Shown: positions 10,168 through 19,759, numbered from the stretch's first letter. The stretch: DNA of 64,000 bases from Halomonas sp. (GCA_046540755.1 JBKHEO010000004.1:1072-65071), one strand, 5' to 3'. Numbers and translations: made by a program. The notes: generated by a model not told the origin, from the sequence alone.

Positions 10168-11337
10168 ATGGAAGACTTCGATGCGGCAGCTGGCCTGATC
10201 CTGCTGGGGCTGATCCTCTCCTCCAGCATCCTGGCCGACGTGGTCGCCAGCCGTACCCGGCTGCCGCGGATCTCGCTGCTGGTGCTGGTGGGCCTGGGCG
10301 TGGCGGTGGTGCAGCAGCTGGTGCTGGGCAAGGCCGAGGCGGTGCCGCTGGGCGGGCTGGGGGAGCCGCTGATCCAGCTGGCGCTGGTGATGGTGGCCTT
10401 CCTGCTGGGCGGGGAGCTGACCCTGGAGCGGCTGCGCACCACCGGGCCCTTGATCCTGATCCTCTCGCTCTCGGTGGTCGTGGTGGGGGCGGCGCTGGTC
10501 GGGGTGGGGCTCGCCGCGCTGGGCTTCCCCCTGGCGGTGGCGGTGTCGCTGGCCGCCATCTCGGTGGCCACCGATCCTGCGGCGGTGAGCGAGACGGTGC
10601 ACGAGAGTGGCGACACCCGGCTGAGGGCGCGCCTGCTTCTGGGCATCGTCGCCATCGACGACGGCTGGGGCATCATGGCCTTCGGCCTGGCCATGGCGCT
10701 GCTCGGCTGGTGGCTCTCCGGGGACGGCCAGGCCGCCCTGGCGATGGCGGGCTGGGAACTGGGCGGGGCGCTGCTGCTGGGGGCGGCGGTGGGCTTGCCG
10801 GCGGCCTGGCTCACCGGTCGCCTGCGCCCCGGCGAGCCGACCCAGGTGGAGGCGCTGGCGCTGATCCTGCTGCTGGCGGGCCTCTCCGGCTGGCTCGAGG
10901 TCTCGGCGCTGCTGGCGGCCATGCTGGCCGGTGCCCTGGTGGCCAATCTGTCACGCCACCACACCCGCTCGTTCAACGAGATCGAGCATATCGAGTGGCC
11001 CTTCCTGGTGTTCTTCTTCGTGCTCTCCGGGGCCAGCGTCGACCTGCGTCACCTCGACGACGCCCTCGGCCTGATCCTGGCCTATATCGTGCTGCGCCTG
11101 GCGGGGCGCTATCTCGGCGGGGTGCTGGGGGTGCGCCTGTCGCGAGAGCGCCAGGCCGAGCTGCCCCGCGACATCGGGCTGGCCCTGACGCCCCAGGCCG
11201 GCGTGGCCATGGGCATGGCGCTGCTGGCCGCCGAGCGCTTCCCCGAGCACGGGCCGCTGCTGCTCTCGGCGGTGGTGGGCTCGACGCTGGTGTTCGAGAT
11301 GGTCGGCCCGCTGCTGGTGCGCCGGGTGCTGCGCTGA
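10168..11337 (+). CDS. Cation:proton antiporter (CPA family, Na+/H+ exchanger domain)
   Basis: About 12 TM segments, ATDPAA, VAIDD, FFVLSGA, PQAGVAMG; ggaggt RBS before ATG 10168. Confidence 0.85.
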   Translation: MEDFDAAAGLILLGLILSSSILADVVASRTRLPRISLLVLVGLGVAVVQQLVLGKAEAVPLGGLGEPLIQLALVMVAFLLGGELTLERLRTTGPLILILSLSVVVVGAALVGVGLAALGFPLAVAVSLAAISVATDPAAVSETVHESGDTRLRARLLLGIVAIDDGWGIMAFGLAMALLGWWLSGDGQAALAMAGWELGGALLLGAAVGLPAAWLTGRLRPGEPTQVEALALILLLAGLSGWLEVSALLAAMLAGALVANLSRHHTRSFNEIEHIEWPFLVFFFVLSGASVDLRHLDDALGLILAYIVLRLAGRYLGGVLGVRLSRERQAELPRDIGLALTPQAGVAMGMALLAAERFPEHGPLLLSAVVGSTLVFEMVGPLLVRRVLR

Positions 11338-11349
11338 GACCCCGGAAAC

Positions 11350-11383
11350 GCCACAGGCCGGCTGCGAAGAGCCGGCCTGTGGC
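11350..11383. terminator. Bidirectional terminator hairpin between convergent genes
   Basis: 14-bp perfect stem gccacaggccggct / agccggcctgtggc; a second hairpin follows at about 11392-11420. Confidence 0.75.
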
Positions 11384-11424
11384 ACGGGGATGGGCTCCGG
11401 CGGCGTATGCCGGGAGCCCCGATC

Positions 11425-12201
11425 TCACTCCTCGGCTTCGCCGAAGTACTTCTCGTGGATCTCGTCGTAGGTGCCGTCTTCCTTGAGCTCGGCCAGGGCC
11501 TCGTTGAAGGTCTCGGCCAGCGCCTCGTCGCGCTTGCGGAAGGCGATGCCGAAGCCGTCGCCGAAGTACTCCTTGGGCTCGGTGATCATCTCGCCGACCA
11601 CCTGGTAGTCGCCGGCGTCGCTGTCGAGCAGGGTCGACTTGCCCACCGGGTAGTCGAGGAAGACGATGTCCAGGCGGCCGGAGTCCATGTCCAGCACCAT
11701 GTCGTCGGCGGTGGCATAGCGGCTGACGTCGGCTACGTCGCCGTAGTGGTCGGTGACGTAGTTGTCCTGGAGGGTGCCGCGCTGTACGCCGATGGTCAGG
11801 CCGTCGAGGTTCTCCTCGTCCGGCTCGCCGATCTCCAGGTCGCCGGGGGCGAACCAGGCCGAGGGCGGGGTGATGTAGGGGTCGGAGAACAGCACCTGCT
11901 CGCGGCGCTCGTCATTGATGGTCATCGAGGACATGATGGCGTCGTACTTGCGCGCCATCAGGCCGGGGATGATGCCGTCCCAGCCCTGCTCGACCCATTC
12001 GCAGTCGATGCCGATCTCGTCGCACAGGGCGTTGCCCAGCTCGATGTCGAAGCCGGTGAGCTCGCCATCCGGGGTGCGATACTCCATGGGCTCGTAGGGG
12101 ACGTCGACGGCGATGCGGATGTCGCGAACGTCGGCGCTGGCGGTGCCGGCGGCCAGGGCGGCGCCCAGGACGCCGAGGGACAGGATCTTGTGAGTCTTCA
12201 T
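11425..12201 (-). CDS. Basic amino acid (Lys/Arg/Orn/His) ABC transporter substrate-binding protein
   Basis: Signal peptide, GFDIELGNALC, WDGIIPGL...KYDAIMSSMTI, GVQRGT; ArgT/HisJ-like. Confidence 0.9.
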   Translation of the reverse strand: MKTHKILSLGVLGAALAAGTASADVRDIRIAVDVPYEPMEYRTPDGELTGFDIELGNALCDEIGIDCEWVEQGWDGIIPGLMARKYDAIMSSMTINDERREQVLFSDPYITPPSAWFAPGDLEIGEPDEENLDGLTIGVQRGTLQDNYVTDHYGDVADVSRYATADDMVLDMDSGRLDIVFLDYPVGKSTLLDSDAGDYQVVGEMITEPKEYFGDGFGIAFRKRDEALAETFNEALAELKEDGTYDEIHEKYFGEAEE

Positions 12202-12334
12202 GCTGTTTTCCCTTGTGTTGGGTGGGTGCACCTTGTGGGTGACAACGGACTCACCATAGCGGATCGCCGATGAGCCCGGAAGGGGTGACGGGAGGGCGAG
12301 GCGTCCCGTTTTCCAACGCTCGTTTGACGCTGTC

Positions 12335-13066
12335 TCAGCCGCCCGCGGGCCTGAGATGGGCCAGCAGGCGCTTCTCCAGCCAGCGGAAGAAGTAGAGGAT
12401 GGCGAAGGTCAGGCAGAGGTAGATGGCCGCCACGAACAGGAAGGCCTCGAAGGGGGCGTAGTAGCGCGCATAGATGAAGCGTGCCGCCCCGGTGAGGTCC
12501 ATGATGGTGACCACGCTGGCGATGGCGCTGGCGTGGAGCATGAAGATCACCTCGTTGCCGTAGGCGGGCAGCGCCCGGCGGAAGGCGCTGGGTAGCACGA
12601 TGCGCCGCAGCATCAGGTTCCGCGACATGCCGTAGGCCTTGGCCGCCTCGACCTCGCCGCGCGGCGTGGCCTTGATGGCGCCGCGGAAGATCTCGGTGGT
12701 GTAGGCCGCCGTGTTGAGGGTGAAGGCGATCAGCGCCGGCACGAAGGGCTTCTCGAGGATCACCCAGAGCCAGCTCTCCTGTATCCCCTCGACGAACACC
12801 ACCCCGTAGTAGATCAGGTAGAGTTGCACCAGAAGCGGCGTGCCGCGGAACACGTAACAGTAGAGGAAGATCGGCAGGCTGAGCCAGCGGTGGCGCGAGC
12901 CGCGGCCGATGGCCAGGGGGACCGCCAGCACCAGGCCGATCACCAGCGACAGGAAGACCAGCTGCACGGTGGTGACCAGGCCGTCGCCGTAGTAGGAGAG
13001 GGTCTGCAGGGTGAAGATGCTGTTGTCGGCCAGCAGCGCTTCCAGGCGTTCGAGCAGGGCTTGCAT
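12335..13066 (-). CDS. Polar amino acid ABC permease (HisM-like)
   Basis: FRGTPLLVQLY, LNTAAYTTEIFRG, EAAKAYGM, PAYGNEVIFML. Confidence 0.9.
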   Translation of the reverse strand: MQALLERLEALLADNSIFTLQTLSYYGDGLVTTVQLVFLSLVIGLVLAVPLAIGRGSRHRWLSLPIFLYCYVFRGTPLLVQLYLIYYGVVFVEGIQESWLWVILEKPFVPALIAFTLNTAAYTTEIFRGAIKATPRGEVEAAKAYGMSRNLMLRRIVLPSAFRRALPAYGNEVIFMLHASAIASVVTIMDLTGAARFIYARYYAPFEAFLFVAAIYLCLTFAILYFFRWLEKRLLAHLRPAGG

Positions 13067-13770
13067 CAGTCCGCCTCCCCGTAGCCGACGTCATAGCGCT
13101 TCTGCAGGCGGGCGAAGGCCCACTCCGAGAACGTGGCGATCAGCAGGTAGATCGCCGCGACGATGATCATGAAGGTAAAGGGCTCACGGGTCGCCTTGGA
13201 GGCTTCGGAGGCCACCCGCACCATGTCGGAGAGGCCGATCACCGAGACCAGGGCGGTGGTCTTGAGCAGGACCATCCAGTTGTTGGAGAGCCCGGGAATG
13301 GCGTGGCGCATCATCTGCGGGAAGCGGATGCGCCGGAACACCAGCCAGGGGCTCATGCCGTAGGCGCGGCCGGCCTCGATCTGGCCGTTCTCTACCGCCA
13401 TGAAGGCGCCGCGGAAGGTCTCGCCCATGTAGGCGCCGAAGATCAGGCCGATGGAGACGACCCCGGCCACGAACTCGTTGATGTTGATGAAGATGTCCCA
13501 GCCGTAGCGCGCGTAGAGCAGGTCGGTGACGGCGTTGATGCCGATCTGGCCGCCGAAGAAGAGCAGCATCATCAGCACCAGATCCGGGACCCCCCGGATG
13601 ATGGTGGTGTAGAGGGTGCCGATGCCCCGGGCCAGGCGGTGGCGCGACATCTTGGCGCTGGCGGTGACCAGTCCCAGCACGATGGCGAGTACCAGCGACA
13701 GCAGCGCCAGCTCGATGGTGATCAGGGCGCCCTCGAGGAGGCGCGGGCCGTAGCCGTGAAGATCGATCAT
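13066..13770 (-). CDS. Polar amino acid ABC permease (HisQ-like)
   Basis: YTTIIRGVPDLV, AYMGETFRGA, GQIEAG.AYGM, NNWMVLLKTTALVS. Confidence 0.9.
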   Translation of the reverse strand: MIDLHGYGPRLLEGALITIELALLSLVLAIVLGLVTASAKMSRHRLARGIGTLYTTIIRGVPDLVLMMLLFFGGQIGINAVTDLLYARYGWDIFININEFVAGVVSIGLIFGAYMGETFRGAFMAVENGQIEAGRAYGMSPWLVFRRIRFPQMMRHAIPGLSNNWMVLLKTTALVSVIGLSDMVRVASEASKATREPFTFMIIVAAIYLLIATFSEWAFARLQKRYDVGYGEAD

Positions 13771-13792
13771 GGGTCTCTCCGCGTGGGACGGC

Positions 13793-14563
13793 TCAGTGCT
13801 TGGGCGCCAGGAACTGCCTGAGGCGCTCGGAGCGGGGGTTGTCGAACACCGCCTCGGGCGGGCCGGCTTCCTCGATCACCCCCTGGTGGAGGTAGATCAC
13901 CTGGCTGGAGACATCCCGGGCGAAGGCCATCTCGTGGGTCACCAGGATCATGGTGCGCCCCTCCTCGGCGAGGTCGCGCACCACCCTGAGCACGTCGCCG
14001 ACCAGCTCCGGGTCCAGCGCCGAGGTGGGCTCGTCGAACAGCATCACCTCGGGGTCCATGGCCAGCGCCCTGGCGATGGCGCCGCGCTGCTGCTGGCCGC
14101 CGGACATCTGGGCCGGGTAGGCGTCGGCACGCTCGGTGAGGCCGACCCGCTCGAGCAGCTCGCGAGCGTGGCCGATGGCCTCGTGCTTCGGCTTGCCGAG
14201 CACGTGCACCGGCGCCTCGATGATGTTCTCCAGCAGGGTCATGTGCGCCCAGAGGTTGAAGTTCTGGAACACCATGGAGAGGCGGGCGCGCATGCGCACC
14301 ACCTGCTTCCAGTCGGCCGGCTCTCGGCCGTGCCTGGTCACCTTGAAGCGGATCGACTCGCCGTGGACGATCAGCTCGCCCTCGTCGGGCTGCTCGAGCA
14401 GGTTCATGCAGCGCAGGAAGGTGCTCTTGCCGGAGCCGGAGGCCCCGATCAGGGTGATGACATCGCCCTGGTGCGCCTCTAGCGAGAGTCCCTTTAGGAC
14501 CTCGGTGTCGCCGAAGCGCTTCTTGATGTTGCGCACTTGCAGCGGAATCGGGGTATCAGCCAT
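13793..14563 (-). CDS. Polar amino acid ABC ATPase (HisP-like)
   Basis: Walker A GASGSGKS, MSGGQQQR, FDEPTSALDPELVG, VTHEM; start moved to MADTP. Confidence 0.93.
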   Translation of the reverse strand: MADTPIPLQVRNIKKRFGDTEVLKGLSLEAHQGDVITLIGASGSGKSTFLRCMNLLEQPDEGELIVHGESIRFKVTRHGREPADWKQVVRMRARLSMVFQNFNLWAHMTLLENIIEAPVHVLGKPKHEAIGHARELLERVGLTERADAYPAQMSGGQQQRGAIARALAMDPEVMLFDEPTSALDPELVGDVLRVVRDLAEEGRTMILVTHEMAFARDVSSQVIYLHQGVIEEAGPPEAVFDNPRSERLRQFLAPKH

Positions 14564-14794
14564 GGGGTCGGACTCCGGATGGGGCGTGTCGCGGGGAGGC
14601 ATCGGCCCGACGGGCGGATCCCGGCCGGCCCTCGTGAGGCCGGAAGCGACACGCGTCGGGTGCGGATCGGCAAAGGGGCATGATTCTACCTCCACTTTAT
14701 CGTCGTTATAAGCGTTTTGGACCCCATCCAGAGTGGCTGTCGTCGGATGCATCGCTTGCGGCTGTTCCGGCGCCTCTCGCGATGCGTTACTGCC

Positions 14795-15832
14795 TCAGCC
14801 TGAGGTATTGGCCGGGGGCGGCACCGGGCGAGCCAGCAGGGCGGCGCGGGCCCCCAGCTCCACCGCGGCGTTGGGGAAGACCACCGCCAGCGGCGCCTCG
14901 CCGACCCGGGTCTCGCCATGCTCGCCATCCTCGGCGAGCAGGGTGCCCGGCGCGAACTGGGTGAAGTTGGGCGTGTCGTCGGCGAAGGCCAGCCGGAAGG
15001 CCTCGCCGTGGCGCATCAGCTCCTGCTCGACGCGGAAGAACGCCAGCCTCGCCGGGTCACCCTCGGCCGGCCGCCGGCCCGCCAGCAGCGCCTGAAGCAG
15101 CCGCCCCATGGGCGCCAGCGGCGCCAGGTCGTTGTGGCCGAAGGGACGCACCCGGCCGAGCTCCAGGGTGAAGGCCGTCGCCCCGTGAGTGTGCTTGCTG
15201 TAGTGGGAGAAGGTCCAGCTGTGGCGGTGCTGGTGGAGCACCGCCTGGAGCCCGGCGGCGGCCAGCCAGCGCCACTGCTCTGCGGGGGTGCGGGTCTTGT
15301 CGTCGAAGGGCTCCACCGCGAAGCGCGGGTAGCGGCTGTCGCGGATGGCGGTATGCAGGTCGTAGTGCAGGCGCTCCCGGTCGGGGTGGCGGGCGAAGAA
15401 GGCATCCACCGCGGCCATCAGGGTGCGCGCCCTCTCGGGCTCCGCGCCCACCTCGTCGAGGTCGCGGCGGAAGAGCCGGTTGAGGTTGGTGGCGACGAAG
15501 CGCACCTGGCGGCGGACCGCCTCGGGGCTGCCGAGGACCAGTAGGGCCGGTGCCCCCGCTCCGGCCTCGCCCTCGGCGAGGCGCGCGAGGCACGCCTGGA
15601 GCAGCTCGATGGGTGCCGTCTCGTCGCCGTGGATGCCCACCGAGATCACGCAGGCGCGTGCCGCCTCGGCGGGATGCTCGGGCTGGAGCTCGAGGACCCC
15701 CTCGCCGCGCGGTACGGCGCGCGCCCCGGGCAGCGCGAAGGGAGCGATCGCCTCGCCCTCCAGGCAGCGCCGCAGCCAGGTTGCCAGGGGCGCGCGGGAG
15801 GCCGACAGGGAAGGGGGGCACGATGGGCTCAT
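14795..15832 (-). CDS. astE: Succinylglutamate desuccinylase (M14 zinc peptidase family)
   Basis: SVGIHGDETAPIE, NLNRLF, YDLHTAIR.S, FTLELG.V.PFG.NDL, VVFPNA.VE.GARA. Confidence 0.85.
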   Translation of the reverse strand: MSPSCPPSLSASRAPLATWLRRCLEGEAIAPFALPGARAVPRGEGVLELQPEHPAEAARACVISVGIHGDETAPIELLQACLARLAEGEAGAGAPALLVLGSPEAVRRQVRFVATNLNRLFRRDLDEVGAEPERARTLMAAVDAFFARHPDRERLHYDLHTAIRDSRYPRFAVEPFDDKTRTPAEQWRWLAAAGLQAVLHQHRHSWTFSHYSKHTHGATAFTLELGRVRPFGHNDLAPLAPMGRLLQALLAGRRPAEGDPARLAFFRVEQELMRHGEAFRLAFADDTPNFTQFAPGTLLAEDGEHGETRVGEAPLAVVFPNAAVELGARAALLARPVPPPANTSG

Positions 15833-16042
15833 GGGGCGGGATCCTCGACACGACGGGTCCGGCTACCTTCCGCCAGCCCGCGGCGGGGGGCAAGGGGGGC
15901 GTCGAGGGCGTGTAAGAGCCGGTGCTTGGGTGAAAGTCGCCGTCGGCGGGACCTTTGGCCTATGGGGCGGGACGAGGCAGGACGCTATGCTGGTGCGCTG
16001 ATTTCCCCTTCGTTCGTATCGACGCCTGCCGAGGAGCCCCTC

Positions 16043-16918
16043 ATGCCCGATTCCCCCCCTTCGCCATCCCCCTCCCTGGCGGGCCACTACGATGCCCCGA
16101 GCCGCGATGGCGGCGAACCGCTGGTGGCGCGCCTGGCGGCCGCCTTCCGCGCGGCGGGGTGCGACCCCGGGAAGCTGAGCCTCGACGATGTCGCCGGCAT
16201 CGACCAGCTGCATCTCGGCGGGCGCCGGGCCAGCCGCCACCTGGCGGCGCTGGGGAGGCTCACGGCCGGTGAGCGGGTGCTGGATGTGGGCTGCGGCACC
16301 GGCGGGGCCAGTCGCCTGCTGGCCGACGAGCTGGGCTGCGAGACGGTGGGAGTGGACATCACCGCGGCCTTCGTCGCCGCGGCCGAGTGGCTCAGCCGCG
16401 CCACCGGCATGGCCGAGCATACCCGCTTCCTGTGCGCGGATGCGGCGCGCACCCCGCTGCCTGGCCGCCGCTTCGAGGCGGTGTGGTGCCAGCATGCGCT
16501 GATCAACATGCCCGACATGGCGGCGGTGCTGGCGGAGTGGCGCCGGCTGCTGGTGCCGGGCGGACGGGTACTGCTCCACGAGGTGGTGGCTGGTGACAAC
16601 CCCGAGCCCCTGGCGCTGCCGGTGCCCTGGGCCAGCACGGCGGCGGCGAGCCACCTGCAGCCCCGGGAAGCGCTGGAGGCGCGCCTGGCCCAGACGGGCT
16701 TCGTGGCCGAGGGGCTCGAGGACGTGACCGCGGCGGCCCTGGCCTGGCGGCAGAAGCACAGCCGCCGCGAGGCCACCACGCAGGCCCCCGACGGCCCGGC
16801 GCTGCCCGGCCCCGGACTGATCTTCGGCGAGCGCTTCGTCGAGATGGGGCGCAACCTGCGCGACAACCTGGCCGCGGACAAGGTCCGCATCCTGGCCGGT
16901 TGCTGGCGACTGGCCTGA
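16043..16918 (+). CDS. Class I SAM-dependent methyltransferase
   Basis: DQLHLGG, VLDVGCGTGG, GVDIT, LPVPWA; gaggag RBS before ATG 16043. Confidence 0.88.
   Translation: MPDSPPSPSPSLAGHYDAPSRDGGEPLVARLAAAFRAAGCDPGKLSLDDVAGIDQLHLGGRRASRHLAALGRLTAGERVLDVGCGTGGASRLLADELGCETVGVDITAAFVAAAEWLSRATGMAEHTRFLCADAARTPLPGRRFEAVWCQHALINMPDMAAVLAEWRRLLVPGGRVLLHEVVAGDNPEPLALPVPWASTAAASHLQPREALEARLAQTGFVAEGLEDVTAAALAWRQKHSRREATTQAPDGPALPGPGLIFGERFVEMGRNLRDNLAADKVRILAGCWRLA
16893..16918 (+). repeat. Left copy of a direct repeat (3' end of the methyltransferase gene)
   Basis: tggccggttgctggcgactggcctga; 24/26 identical to 18985-19010 with an 18-bp exact core. Confidence 0.85.
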
Positions 16919-16950
16919 GGTGGGTCGCCGATACTCGATCCGCGGGAGGT

Positions 16951-17298
16951 TCAGGCCCGGCGGGGCCCGCGCACCAGGAAGCTCAGCGGGTGGAGCACCA
17001 GCCAGGTAACCAGGGCCACGCCGAGGGAGGCGGCGATCAGCGCGGCCCAGTCGGTGACGGTGGCCACGAAGGCGAGCCGCGAGCTGGTCAGCAGGGGCAG
17101 CCACCAGAGGGTCGAGAGTCCCGCCAGCAGGGCGACGATGCCCGCCGGACGACAGCGGTAGTCGGTAAGGCGATAGCCTCGCAGGCGACCGATCAATTGT
17201 GCCAGCACCAGCAGGGCCAGGATCGCCAGGATCAGCGGCAGGAAGGGCGGGATGGCGTGGGACAGCACCGCGAGGATGCCGGCAAGCGAGAATTGCAT
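16951..17298 (-). CDS. Small membrane protein (DUF5368-like) co-transcribed with the SQR-like gene
   Basis: 115 aa, about 3 TM segments, WWLP..T.S.L..V.T..DW motif; ggag RBS right after the upstream stop. Confidence 0.7.
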   Translation of the reverse strand: MQFSLAGILAVLSHAIPPFLPLILAILALLVLAQLIGRLRGYRLTDYRCRPAGIVALLAGLSTLWWLPLLTSSRLAFVATVTDWAALIAASLGVALVTWLVLHPLSFLVRGPRRA

Positions 17299-17309
17299 GG
17301 CGAGTCTCC

Positions 17310-18644
17310 TCAGACGCGGCCTTCGAGCATGGCGTAGTAGGCGGGCTGCAGCAGGTAGTCCTTGAGGACCCAGGCGGCCCAGGACTCCTCCTTCGGATCG
17401 ATGAAGGAGAAGGAGGGCAGGAAGGCCATGTCGTCGTCGTAGCCGAACTCCACCAGCATCGCCTTGCCGATATCGGTGATCAGCGGGCAGGAGGTGTAGC
17501 CGTTGTGTCGCGCCGTGAGCGGTCGGTCCTGCAGGAAGGAGACGATGTTGGCTTCCACCACCGGCGCCTGGGCCTTGACGCTGGCCGCGGTCTTGTTGAT
17601 GGGCGCGCCGATCACGTCGCCGATACCGAACACCTCCGGGTAGCGTTGGTGCTGCAGGGTATGGATGTCGGTATCCAGCCACTGGCCGGCGAAGGGAGGT
17701 TCCAGGGCGATCAGGTCGCTGGCCTTGACGACGTCCGGGGCGCTCATGGGTGGCACCACGTGGAGGAAGTCGTAGTCGCGCACCTCGGTGCTGCCGTCCC
17801 GTGCGGTGAACTCGGCCTGGCGCGCCTCGGGGTCGATGGCGGTCAGGTGCTGCCCGTGATGGCGGGTGATGCCGTCGCGATCGAAGCGCTGCTTCAGGAA
17901 GTCACTGATCCAGGGCTGGCTGAACATGGCGTCGCTGGGAGTGAAGTAGTCCAGGGCGAAGTCGTCGCGATTACCGACCTTCTTGATGCGCGATTGGGTG
18001 GTGAAGGTCATCTTGATCGGCGCGCCGGCACACTTGATGGCGGTGGGCGGGTTGGTGAAGAGCCCCTGGCCGCCACCTTTCGCCAGCCAGGCGTCGATGG
18101 CATCCCGCGTTCGGCTCGCTCCCTCCAGGCTGGCGTAGACGCTGCCGATGCCATGGCGGCCCACCAGCTCCGGCGACATGCCGTCGATCAGGTGGTAGTT
18201 GAGCTGCAGCCCAGTGGCGACTACCAGTATGTCGTAGTCTAGAGTGGTGGCATCGGCGAGGGTCACGCGGCGCTTCCCGGCATCGATGCCCACGGCCGGT
18301 CCCTTGACCCAGTCGATGCCGGCGGGGCGGAAGTCGGCGTTGGGGCGCAGGGTGCGCTCGGCCTCCCAGACGCCGGAGGCGACCAGGGTCCAGCCGGGCT
18401 GGTAGTGGTGCTGCTCGCGGGGCTCGACCACGGTGATGCGGGCGCCATCGAGGCGCATGGCCAGGCGGTTGGCCATGGACATGCCGGCGGCGCCGCCGCC
18501 GAGGATGACGACACGGGCGCGGGTGGAAACGGTATCGGCCTTGAGGCCGGTGAGCGGTAGCAGGCCAGCCGCACCGGCACCCAGCCCCAGCTTGAGTAGC
18601 TGGCGGCGGCCGATCAGGGAGGCTTCTCGAGGGTGGCGTGACAT
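17310..18644 (-). CDS. Tat-exported FAD-dependent oxidoreductase, type II sulfide:quinone oxidoreductase-like
   Basis: Twin-Arg signal GRRQLLK, GGGAAG, HHYQPGWTLV, IKCAGAP.K and NGYTSCPL catalytic-Cys motifs, KTAASVKAQ. Confidence 0.85.
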   Translation of the reverse strand: MSRHPREASLIGRRQLLKLGLGAGAAGLLPLTGLKADTVSTRARVVILGGGAAGMSMANRLAMRLDGARITVVEPREQHHYQPGWTLVASGVWEAERTLRPNADFRPAGIDWVKGPAVGIDAGKRRVTLADATTLDYDILVVATGLQLNYHLIDGMSPELVGRHGIGSVYASLEGASRTRDAIDAWLAKGGGQGLFTNPPTAIKCAGAPIKMTFTTQSRIKKVGNRDDFALDYFTPSDAMFSQPWISDFLKQRFDRDGITRHHGQHLTAIDPEARQAEFTARDGSTEVRDYDFLHVVPPMSAPDVVKASDLIALEPPFAGQWLDTDIHTLQHQRYPEVFGIGDVIGAPINKTAASVKAQAPVVEANIVSFLQDRPLTARHNGYTSCPLITDIGKAMLVEFGYDDDMAFLPSFSFIDPKEESWAAWVLKDYLLQPAYYAMLEGRV

Positions 18645-18984
18645 GGCGACTCCTGCGTCGGTGATCACCGTTAATCTATTTCGTTATATGGTTATTATTA
18701 TCTAGAGATTGTGCCCTGTCCTTTATTCATTGGTCTGAGATGATTTGTCGCAATCCCGGTGTTGGCTGCTTCCTGGCAGGAGATGGCGACATCTTGCCGT
18801 GATTCGTGGCAGCGGCATCTCGACCCCCCGTCAAGGCGATCCGGCCGGGGTTTGCCATGCCCACTCCAGTCCTGCCGGCTGGAGGACCGCCGAGGAAGGA
18901 AGTGTGATGGGGGACGGGGTTCACGGCCGCAACCCGGCTACCCGAAAGGCGTGCCAAGGCACTGCGCCCACGAGGCGGGGGCCA

Positions 18985-19010
18985 TGGCCAGCTGCTGGCG
19001 ACTGGCCTGA
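18985..19010 (+). repeat. Right copy of the direct repeat bracketing the SQR-like cassette
   Basis: tggccagctgctggcgactggcctga; weaker similarity continues about 14 bp past the stop-codon position. Confidence 0.85.
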
Positions 19011-19137
19011 AGTCGGCCACCGGTCGGTGGCGTCCGTTCGACGGAATCGTCGCCGGCCCTCGAATTCCTTCGCTTTTTCTCTTCGCAAGCCCGGCTATGC
19101 TCTGGCGTGTCACATCCACTTCATTCAGGAGGTCTGC

Positions 19138-19734
19138 ATGACACGTGTTCTGGTGCTGTACCACTCCATGTACGGTCACATCGATACCCTGGCCCAGGCG
19201 GTCGCCGAAGGGGCTCGTCGCGTTGATGGTGCCGAGGTGACCATCAAGCGGGCCCCCGAGACCATGGACGCCGAGGCCTTCGAGAAGGCCGGCGGCCAGC
19301 GCTTTGACACGCCCGAGGCGTCACCGGCGGAGCTGGCCGACTATGACGCCATCCTCTTCGGCAGCCCCACGCGCTTCGGCAACATGACCGCCCAGATGCG
19401 CACCTTCCTGGACCAGACCGGCGGCCTGTGGGCCAAGGGGCAACTGCGCGGCAAGGTGGCCAGCGTCTTCACTTCCACCGGCACCGGCGGCGGCCAGGAG
19501 ACCACCATCACCTCCTTCTGGCACACCCTGGCCCACCACGGCATGCTGATCGTGCCGCTGGGCTACGGCATCGAGGAGCAGTACATCTTCGACCAGGCCG
19601 GCGGCGGCAACCCCTACGGCGCCTCCACCATCGCCGGTGGCGACGGCTCCCGGCAGCCGGATGAACGCGAGCTCAAGATCGCGCGCTTCCAGGGCGAGCA
19701 CGTGGCGCGCATCGCCGCCAGGCTGGCCGGCTGA
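19138..19734 (+). CDS. wrbA: NAD(P)H:quinone oxidoreductase WrbA
   Basis: [64 protein letters not shown]; aggagg RBS. Confidence 0.96.
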   Translation: MTRVLVLYHSMYGHIDTLAQAVAEGARRVDGAEVTIKRAPETMDAEAFEKAGGQRFDTPEASPAELADYDAILFGSPTRFGNMTAQMRTFLDQTGGLWAKGQLRGKVASVFTSTGTGGGQETTITSFWHTLAHHGMLIVPLGYGIEEQYIFDQAGGGNPYGASTIAGGDGSRQPDERELKIARFQGEHVARIAARLAG

Positions 19735-19759
19735 CCTCCCGCCTCTGGCTGCCCATCGA

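Noticed and set aside
7992-10976. Long antisense or alternate-frame ORFs (e.g. 7992-10976, 5474-7558, 45880-48789, 54021-55958, 58031-60505)
   Set aside because: They are shadows of real genes in GC-rich DNA, with low-complexity R/G/A/H-rich translations, no family motifs and full overlap with well-supported CDSs
15629-16042. N-terminal extensions in the supplied ORF track (also for lhgO, the TAXI SBP, the ABC ATPase, wrbA, ltaE, the DMT transporter, glcF and DctP)
   Set aside because: Downstream ATGs with an RBS and family-typical N-termini are better starts, and the extensions overlap neighbouring genes or promoters
18800-18985. Several short hairpins upstream of the SQR-like gene, suggesting a riboswitch or sRNA; also a TGGCAC half-site on the minus strand near 18951-18956
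   Set aside because: No recognisable riboswitch consensus, and short stems are expected at this GC content; the sigma54 -12 GC element is missing. An Rfam/Infernal scan would settle it
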